This document shows, piece after piece, positions 40,850-51,100 of a DNA stretch of 64,000 bases (the first letter of the stretch is position 1; the number at the start of each line of letters is the position of its first letter). The DNA comes from Macrostomum lignano. Lineage: Eukaryota. The stretch spans positions 682,001 to 746,000 of the forward strand of contig NIVC01000176.1 of the NCBI GenBank assembly GCA_002269645.1, given 5' to 3'. The notes beneath the pieces are model-generated. The model worked only from the letters and a program-made list of their open reading frames with translations, was not told where the DNA came from and searched no databases. The translations under genes and the position numbers were made by a program.

Positions 40850-41935
40850 TAAGCACTAAGGTAGAGAAGAGGCAGATTCTCAAGCACTAAGGTAGAGAAG
40901 AGGCAGATTCTCAAGCACTAAGGTAGAGAAGAGGCAGATTCTCAAGCACTAAGGTAGAGAAGAGGCAGATTCTCAAGCACTGAGTGAGCGGAGAGGCAGA
41001 TTCTCAAGCACTGAGGGAATGGGAGAGGCAGGTTATCAAGCACTGAGTGAATGGGAGAGGCAGATTCTCAAGCACTGAGGGAATGGGAGAGGCAGATTCT
41101 CAAGCACTGAGTGAGCGGAGAGGCAGATTCTCAAGCACTGAGGGAATGGGAGAGGCAGATTCTCAAGCACTGAGGGAATGGGAGAGGCAGATTCTCAAGC
41201 ACTGAGTGAGCGGAGAGGCAGATTCTCAAGCACTGAGGGAATGGGAGAGGCAGATTCTCAAGCACTGAGGGAATGGGAGAGGCAGATTCTCAAGCACTGA
41301 GGGAATGGGAGAGGCAGATTCTCAAGCACTGAGGGAATGGGAGAGGCAGATTGTCAAGCACTGAGTGAGCGGAGAGGCAGATTATCAAGCACTGAGTGAA
41401 TGGGAGAGGCAGATTCTCAAGCACTGAGGGAATGGGGGAGGCAGATTCTCAAGCACTGAGTGAGCGGAGAGGCAGATTCTCAAGCACTGAGGGAATGGGA
41501 GAGGCAGATTCTCAAGCACTGAGTGAGCGGAGAGGCAGATTCTCAAGCACTGAGGGAATGGGAGAGGCAGATTCTCAAGCACTGAGGGAATGGGAGAGGC
41601 AGATTCTCAAGCACTGAGGGAATGGGAGAGGCAGATTCTCAAGCACTGAGGGAATGGGAGAGGCAGATTGTCAAGCACTGAGTGAGCGGAGAGGCAGATT
41701 ATCAAGCACTGAGTGAATGGGAGAGGCAGATTCTCAAGCACTGAGGGAATGGGGGAGGCAGATTCTCAAGCACTGAGTGAGCGGAGAGGCAGATTCTCAA
41801 GCACTGAGGGAATGGGAGAGGCAGATTCTCAAGCACTGAGTGAGCGGAGAGGCAGATTCTCAAGCACTGAGGGAATGGGAGAGGCAGATTCTCAAGCACT
41901 GAGGGAATGGGAGAGGCAGATTATCAAGCACTGGG
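40850..41935. repeat. 31-32-bp minisatellite with a 317-bp higher-order duplication
   Basis: Core gaggcagattctcaagcact. The repeat-derived ORFs 41385-41582 and 41702-41899 are identical and 317 bp apart. Confidence 0.9.
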
Positions 41936-42155
41936 GGTGTTTGAGTACAATAAACTGATTATGATTATATGATTATTATGATCACAGTTCTGTGGATTAT
42001 ATCTCAGTATGAAAATTTCAAGCTACGTGAAATATAGACTAGGAATAAATTTTGGCCATAGACATATGGGAGGAGTCTCTAGGAAATGAAGCTATATCAG
42101 GTCTGCCGAGCTTCTCATATTTTAGTTATCAGCGTCAAGACCACCTCTGTAAAAA

Positions 42156-45100
42156 ATGTCGAACGGCAGCCTTCAGCAGCAAGCCGACAACGACTCTGAG
42201 TACGACTCGCCTGCTCAGACAGTCGACGAGCGGGACTCGAACCCGGACCTGTCGACAAAAGGCGATGGCGACGGCGTCGAGCGACGTCCAGGCGGCACAG
42301 TTCGTCGGCGTATTCGACAGCTGTACCAGTCGTTTCGTCGACGCGGTTCTGCGACGTTGGGTACGGGAGCTGACAAACGGCAGCATGAGGTTTGGGCTTG
42401 TTGAATAATGATCATCATTTTTTTACTGTTCACTGTTTGACTGTCACTCCTTGTCTGTAACACAATCTGTCACTCTTCACTGTCACTCTCTGCACTCATC
42501 TGTCACTCTTCACTGTCACTCTCTGCACTCATCTGTCACTCTTCACTGTCACTCTCTGTACTCATCTGTCACTCTTCACTGTCACTCTTACCCATCTGTC
42601 ACTCCTTACTGCCACTCTCTTACCACATGTGTCACTCCTCAGTGTCACTCTCTGAACTCATCTGTCACTCTTCACTGTCAATCTCTGAACTCATCTGTCA
42701 CTCTTCACTGTCACTCTCTGAACTATCTGTCACTCTTCACTGTCACTCTCTTACTTCATGTGTCACTCTTCACTGTCACTCTCTGAACTCATCTGTCACT
42801 CTTCACTGTCACTCTCTGAACTCATCTGTCACTCTTCACTGTCACTCTCTGAACTCATCTGTCACTCTTCACTGTCACTCTCTTACCCCATCTGTCACTC
42901 TTCACTGTCACTCTTCACTGTCACTCTCTGAACTCATCTGTTTGATTTTCTAATCGATGCTTAGTGCTGAAGGACTATTAATCAATGACATATTGATTGC
43001 CTTTCTCAATGACAATTGTGTAATAGTACATATAGCTAAACACTGGTTCAAGGACTACTAAATTAGACTTCAACCATGACCCCAGGTTTGATTTCTAAGT
43101 GCTTTCAGGCACAGCCAGCAGGCACAGAAAGTGCACATGCCTGACGATTAGAAAGTCAGTACACCCCGTGTGAGCGTGTGTGAGTGTGACGTCACACAAC
43201 CAGCGAGAGGCATTACTGCACATTCCGCAGACTCCCCTGAGCAGGCACACAAGCGTGCGGATACGTATGCAGTCATACGCACTGGCACGCACTCACACAG
43301 GAGTGTACAGCGGCCCTGACTTTATTTAACGATAGGCATGTACACTTCACTGTGCCTCGGGGCTTGGCCCTCAATGGTGTTGATTGCACGAGCAGAGCCA
43401 AGCCTGGCCGCTGACGCATCAGAGGGCTGCGCTAGACCACTAGGCTACGACGGCTCCCCCTTCATCATTTCCATGCTCCAGCTTCCTGCACAGCATCAGC
43501 AGCTGTCTGCGGAGGCGGCGGCCGCTGCGGCGGTGGCAGCTGCCGCGGCAGCAGCGGCTGCACCCAGTCCTTCGACCACAACCCGGCAACAACAGCAGCA
43601 GCAGCAGCAGCGAGGAGGAACCGGAAGCGGAACTGCCACCGGAAGTCGACTTGTAGCCGGCGGAGCGCACCAGTTTGCCTTCGCCAGCCGGCCAACTACG
43701 AATGCCAGCACCTGCGTCAGCTTGAACAACAGCGAGCGGCAGCAGCAGCAACAGTCGAATGTCAACAATGATTTCAGCAGGGGTATGGAATCCGTGCAGC
43801 CAATCATATCTTCAGCTGGGGCTACGGCTGGCGATGCAAACAAAGATGAGGATTTGTACACCGTGCTGACGGTTGATGCTGAGGAACTGAGAAACTGTGA
43901 GTCCAGTTATTGTGCTATCCTGCATAGTCAGAGCTTGTGGAGTTTCGAGCTTGGGAAGTTTCGAGCTTGGGAAGTTTCGAGCTTGGGAAGCTTCAAGCTT
44001 GGGAAGTTTCGAGCTTGGGGAGTTTCGAGCTTGGGAAGTTTCGGTCTTGGGAAGCTTCGGTCTTGGGGAGTTTCGAGCTTGGGGAGTTTCGAGCTTGGGG
44101 AGTTTCGAGCTTGGGAAGTTTCGGTCTTGGGGAGTTTCGAGCTTGGGGAGTTTCGAGCTTGGGGAGTTTCGAGCTTGGGGAGTTTTGAGCTTGGGAAGTT
44201 TCGAGCTTGTGAAAGCGACCCCTACTGTTAGATTACAATCTTTATAGATGTATTGCAGCCTCAGGGTCTTTTGGTAGCTTGGCACCTGCCTCTGTTAGCT
44301 ATTCTAATATTTTTAATTGGCACGAATGAAAATCTTAATTTAGTTTTTATTGCATTATTTAATGAATGGCATCACCTGAATGTTGGAAATCAAAAGAAAA
44401 AGACGTGACCTTTCCTCAGATGCTGTAGCCTTTCTATTTTAGCTAGTTCCTAATCCAACCAATGGATTTTAACTATTAAAAAAATTCAGAATTTTCTTGC
44501 AAAACACGAACAGTAGTAGGAAAGTGGTACCCTCCACCGCCATCGCACCGGATTGGCCGGGGCACCCGGCCAATCAGGCGAGAGGGCCCCCCCAAAGAGG
44601 CCCACCCCCGACCCCAGACCCACCACCGCCGCACCCACCCCCGACCCAACGCCGCCACGCACCCACCCCCGACCCAAACCGGGCCCCCCAAACCGGGCCC
44701 CCTCCTATCCTGCACCCCATCACAAACCAAGGCCCCTCCTGTCCTGCACCCCATCTCATACCAAGGCCCCCTCGTGTCCTACACCCCGTACATCCCATAC
44801 CAAGGCCTCCTTCTATCCTGCACCCCTTCCCAAACCAAGGCCCCTCCTGTCCTGCACCCCATCTCATAACCAAGGCCCCCTCGTGTCTTACACCCCGTAC
44901 ATCCCATACCAAGGCCTGCTCCTATCCTGCACCCCATCCCAAACCAAGGCTCTGCCTGTCCTGTACCCCATCCCATACCAAGGCCCCCTCCTGTCCTGCA
45001 CCCCCGTGCATCCCATAGCAAGGCCCCTTCCTGTCTAGCATCCCATCCCAAACCAAGGCTCCCTCTTATCCTGCACCCCATCCCATATAACACGGTCCTT

Positions 45101-48100
45101 CTATCCTGCACCCCATACCAAGGCCCCCTCCTATCGTGCACCCCATCCCATATAACACGGTCCTTCTATCCAGTACCCTATCCAAAACCAATGCCCCCTC
45201 CTAATTTCTAAACCCCAATCTTATTCCCTGTCTCACCTACCGCTTTTAAGGCTCTAGCCAAGGCAAAACCCGCATTCAATGCTTTGGCTCTACTCTTTTC
45301 TTGCTGTGGCGGGTACAGCGGGAGGTCGTTAGACCTAGACCGCTACTTCTTGGTGGCCAGAGGGCCGCAAGAAGGTCCCGCCACCTCCTGTTGTGTGGGG
45401 TTGGATTCGGGGTTCGGATTGGTTATTGCTATGGAGCGGGAGCTGGTGTTACTTACCAACTCCAGTCATATATAATCTCGCGCACAGCCGGAAGGAAAGC
45501 TCACAGTTTTTGACAGTGAACAAAATGGAGTTCAAGACATTATCGAACAGATTTCGAATCGGCGTCAGGTCGCACTCGAAGTGCATCAGCTTCAGAAAGT
45601 GGTACAAATTTGCCGAAGAGTATCGACCAGGTCTGCCTGGCATGGAGCTCACCGTCCACCAGTTTTGCCACTTGGGCAGCCTGAAGGAACGACTGGAAGA
45701 GTTTGCAAGAAAGTGTATCGACGCGCAATGCCTTCTGGGCGGCAACAGGCAAGTGGTTGTGCAAAATGGCGTAATCACACTCTGGCGCCTTCCAACTGTA
45801 CTCGGACCGCCGGTGCACCTAAGGCATGCCTTACCGCTTCCTACTACACTTTGGCGCGAAGTCGGGGCTCAAAAGCAATGGGTCCTAGACAAAATTGACA
45901 AGCGAGAGCCTCCGGTCGAGCCGCCGATCGGCGATTCATGGTGGATGGGATACCACCCTACGGAATCTGAAGAGTGTGCAGCATGGGCAGCAAAGCTTAC
46001 ATTTGACCAACTGATGCAAGTACCTGACAGGCAGTCGGCAGATTGGGACGACCACTGGGGGGGGGGCCTTCCAAGCAGTTCAGGCTGAATTTAGAAAGAG
46101 ATTTACATTCGAAACTCTGGAAGAGCCACCAACAGCTGGGAAGAACCAACAGCCTTCATTCCACCAGCCACCAATGAAGCGACGCGCAATGCATGAAGCG
46201 ACAACTGGTCATTTCGTCAATTAACTTTTTTTTTAATATAGTTTTGAACCATAGTACTGATCATGCACTGTTGTATATATTGCTTTGTCAATACTGGCCA
46301 TAATATTGCCCCATCATGCTTTGATTCCTGGCGATAATACTGTTTTGTAAATACACGCGACGGGCCTTAATACTGCCCTTCCATTCTTCATAAACTTTTT
46401 TTGTGCTAATACGAGCTTTTAACATGTAATTTTATGCTTTGCAATCCATGGACCTGCCAATAAAATAAAAAAAACGTTTCATTTTCGTAAGCATTGTTGC
46501 ACAAACATAGTCGCATTCGCGTTTATTTTTTCTTATATTTTGTACACAAAAAATACAGAAGTAAAGTTACAGCAAAAATATTATTATTATTACTCGGTGC
46601 ATAGGCAGATCTCACTACTACTGTTATGCCGTAGAGGAGCTCAGTCAGAGTCCAGCAAAGTAGGTTCGGAATCCTTCGGATGCTTGATCTGGTAGCAAAA
46701 TGCGGGAGAGGGCATCAGCTGCAGTCTGAGCCTCAACCACGCTGCGAGCACCAGCTATTATACAGCGATATGAATGAAACAAAATCAACTTTACAGAGGC
46801 AGTAAACTCGAGCACAAGTCCGTTAAACATTTCCGGCTCATAGGTGCCCCGATGCGGCCATTTAGACTTGACTTCCCCCAACCGGAGTGGATGCCGACCC
46901 GCGGGAAAGGCCGTCACAGAGGTAATAGTCTTGATGCGAATCTGGGGCAGACTGGTCAATCGCAAGAAGTCCGCACACAGCTTCACAATCTTCTCCGTCT
47001 CTGCGAGAGCTTCCTCCAGGCTTTTGGCTCCACAGACAGACACTTGTCCGGTCGGATACACCAGCGCGGTTACTCGATGCTGCCCGCTCTTCATCACCAC
47101 TGCCAGTGTTCGAGGATGAACCAGGCGATGGCGGATTGTGTGATACTGAGGCAGATGAAGAGTCAGGAAATTCGCTAGTTGTGGCAGACCCACCCGGGTC
47201 GCCAGGTCGGCTCCTGTCACGATGTTTGTTACGCGAATTGTTGCGACCATCTTTAGACAATCGAGAGAAACGCCAGTGCCTGCTGCAGATCGCTACTTTT
47301 ATAGACCCGTAGCCGCGAGGCCGCAGCCAATCAGCGTACAGCGCCACTTTGGCCAGGGCGCAGGGCAACACGTACTTTGAGGCACTCGGAAAGGCTAGGT
47401 GTGCGAGGTCGTAGACAGGCTGCAGCAGCAGACGCGACAGGAACTGGCACTTGACATCCCCCTTGCTAAATATCGGGCCTTGCAAGTGAGAGATATCGCT
47501 CCAGAGACAAGAGTAGGGTCGGAACCCACTCCTGTCCCAGTCTAGACCGTGCCGCTTATTGGTGAGCCAGTAGCAGGTTCGTCGCTGTCCTCTATCAAAG
47601 AGCTCAAAGCTGTGCGGCGGCTGGTAGTAATAGTAATGAGCCGTCGTTTGACCGCATGCAAACTCAACCCATGCAATTTCCTTAATCACAAAGTCCTCTG
47701 TTTTGTAGAGGTGCGGAAATCCTTCAAAATCAATGACAATCATCTTGGCCACTTGATCCACTTGCCGTATCCTTTCTGAGACTGAGTCTTCTTATAGCCT
47801 TGCAGTCGAGGTTTTTTAGGACTGGACTTTTTTTCCCGAGGCTTTTCCAGCAATTTTGTAGTGTTCAGACCAACTGCAGACAGAGGTACATGATTTTCTT
47901 GAAGACTCGTAACAAACTCATTAATCCCATTCGGTGGCTGAAGGTACTTAGAGTACGTATCTTTAACTATGAAATGCAACAGGTCCACGATATTTGAGTT
48001 GTACAACGGTTTACCATTGACAGAAACTTCATACGTATCATCTATGCTAATCGACTTGCACTTTACGGTTATGAAGCTAATCAATGCCTGCAGACGATGA

Positions 48101-51100
48101 TGCCATTTCTGATTCACCGTCAGATATAAAACCTCCTTCCACTGCGGTTCTTTGTGAATTACTGGAGGCTGTTCTTGGGTCGCACTTGCCTGCAACTGCT
48201 GCACGCAACGCTCGTCCCTAATCTTGCGCAACTGTTTTTCCGCCTCTAGCTCGGGTTCACAGACTGTCTCCATACCCCTCTGATTCACAAGTGCCTCATA
48301 CTGCAACCGGGGTACCAGTATCATTTCCTTGTACATGTCTTTTTATACAGGTGAAAATCAGAGGAAGACAACGAAGGATATGCGGGTGTGAGAGATTGCG
48401 CCGAGCCTCTTTCACACTTTTGCTTTGTGCAACAAGCCGGAGAGTATTTCGATATCGCCTGAGTCTCCGCTTCAAGCTATCTTCACAGCCAACTTTTCCT
48501 GCTAGTAAGTTGATAATACACTCGACCAAAAAGCAAATGGTGCTTTTATTTGCATAGGTAAGTATGCAGCGACGCAAGGATATAGTGCCCTCACAAAAGA
48601 CAGTTATTAGTGCAATGTGTTTATCCATGTTTAACTCAGTGCAGAGACTGAGCCATTCTTATAGATAAACTCGCTGCGGGGCCTCATCGGGGAGAAAATT
48701 GGCTCTCAGGCGCAGTTCATGGGGTGAAGCGGGGTGAAAATCAAGCAGCAGATAGCGCTGATCTCCATCTCGCACCAATCGATCCATCAGTTCTACTAGC
48801 AGAGTGCGCCGTTTGGGAAAGCATTGCTGACTTAAAGCTTGGACCGCAGAGGCGTCTCTGGGGTTGTTGAACAACACAATGTAGGTGCAATTTATGCTAA
48901 TTGTGCGCCACTCTCTGCCTTTGAAAAATAGATTTTGCGTGATGAGAATGACAAAGCAGGGCTTGTGGTGGGCCTCACGGGTGAACAGATGTCGTAGCTC
49001 TCGACTTGCAGCTGCTTCATCCAGTAAATCGTCAATCACAATCAGGTCATGGGGCTGCAGATCCAAATTCGATAATCCTTCACATACTTGCACTCCTAGC
49101 CGCCGCAGAGTCGCGTGGAGTTCCGGCTGCGGGCATCCGTGATACCAAATCATCCGCTTGGGAGGTTGGTCGAACAGAAGCAGTCGTTGGGACAGCAGCC
49201 GCAAACAGAATGTTGATTTTCCCGCTCGAGAAGGGCCCGAAACCATCATGCAGCCTCCCATCCGCAGTCTGGAATCAAACACCTTGCAACTGATTTTTGA
49301 GTCTGAGTATGATTGCATCGTTTTGAGCCACAGCTGCCGGGTGCAAAACCTTGATGAACAAGGCATTATATGACATTCTCTTATGCAGTCGATGGATCAA
49401 GTAAAAAATGCAATACCAGCCGCATAGAGTTGACGAACTGGGCTGAACAGGGACCGTATTCCATTGTAGCACCATCCGCGTCGGTTTAGTTTTCTTTAAC
49501 CAGCTCTTCATATTTTTACTCAAGCCTCCCAAAGAGTTGAAAATTTCACAATGCACTTTACTGGTTACTACTCCAGCAATCCAGTGACCGCACTCATCAT
49601 TCCATGGCTCATACAAAATGAAGCAGCAGGGTCGGCAGGTTGAATCGAAAAATGGTGTCACTGTTCCAACTGTAAAATTTCCGCAATAGGCATCCCGCAC
49701 AGATGTGGGGCAGCGAGAAATGAACGCTTCCAACTCTTCGGAATTCATGCTCTGCGATAATCCAGCAGCACATCTCTCTCTTTAGTGATTTCCATGCATG
49801 AATCATACACGCACAAGCAGATGAGTGTGACTGGCTGTGCGAGAGCGTTGGAAAAGCGAATATCCAGTCGTAGTTGACCCTGCCTATGACCAAACCAGCT
49901 GCCTACTTCATCGCCACTTGGACTAAGGTCAAACGCAAGCAGATAGGCACTATTTCGAAATTCATCAAAGCTTTTGCAATATTTTCCACTGAGACTGCGG
50001 GCAAACTGCAAAAATTCGGATGAGTGCTGCTGCTGTGGTTCTATGGGCTGCCCAGTAATTGGCTCTCCATTGACAAACAGGCTTAAACTATTCAATCCAA
50101 ATGCTTGGAACCAAAACGGGTTGTGGTGCAGAGATCCATTGAAAGCAGTCTGGCTGACCATTCCAAGGAGCACAAATTTTGGCAGCTGACCATGCGTGAT
50201 TGAATCGAGACTCTTGTTTCTTGTCCCAACAGAAAATGTGAATGTCTGAAGCTCTCTTCTATCAAAGTGGTAGAGAGCATTACGCTGTGAGAGCCCCTGT
50301 TCATGTGCGAGAGCCACTGTTGGGTTTACTCGGAGACGCCTCAAAAGCAGAATAGCATTGTCGACTTCAACACGGTATTGAACTCCATTATTGGGTACCA
50401 TCAACGAAAAAGCGCTGCAGTGCCGGGTCAATTTGACCTGCAGGCTGATTTGGTTTAGCAGATACTGCCGGATTGAGAAAATGTCTGAAAACAACGGGCC
50501 GGCATATTGCACAACAGCAGAAGCCTCATGCAATCTCGCACGATTTGTGAATCCATGATTTTGCTCCCCAATGGTGTCACTCTCTCCAGCGGTGTCTGAT
50601 AATAACCTGCGGCCGCCAGTTCTTGAAGCTGGTTGGCATTGCTGCTGGTCAGCACTTGAAGCATTGCTCGATATGGGTAGAGCTGGTCCCCACCACTCAC
50701 AACCCGCTGGTTGAGTTTTACAGTGACATCACGAAACAGGCTGGCAAGCGGGAGATTCGATAGTCCGACATGGGCATCATCTTCATTAGTCAGCTCTGCA
50801 TTGTTTATCACACGAGTTATCCGGCAAGTGACTTGCAGCACTGTGGCGTGCAGATCGGTGTAGTCCTCAGAGGAGGCGTGGCAGTCGAATTCAATCGGTG
50901 CATCAGGAGTCGTGAGACTGCCGATGGGATGAAAGTCCATGAAGTGAGACCTATCCACTCCAATTTCATGCGTCATTGGCTCAAACAGATTGAGCCGTGG
51001 ATTTGTCCGATACATTATGAGAGTGAATCGAGCACTCGGTTGACTGTTTTTAACGGTATCTTGCGCTTTTTTGAGGGCACTGGCTTGCTCTTCTTTGGTT

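Noticed and set aside
44476-45141. Pro/Gly-rich ORFs in the Maverick TIRs (also 54887-55516)
   Set aside because: Translations of the C/G-skewed TIR sub-repeats.
48340-48347. TATAAAAA upstream of ORF 48336
   Set aside because: It is only 11 nt from the ATG, too close for a Pol II TATA-to-TSS distance, so it was not counted in the 52-54-nt class.
50590-50605. Programmed ribosomal frameshift in the major capsid gene
   Set aside because: No slippery heptamer or downstream structure was seen; a 1-nt deletion or assembly error explains it.
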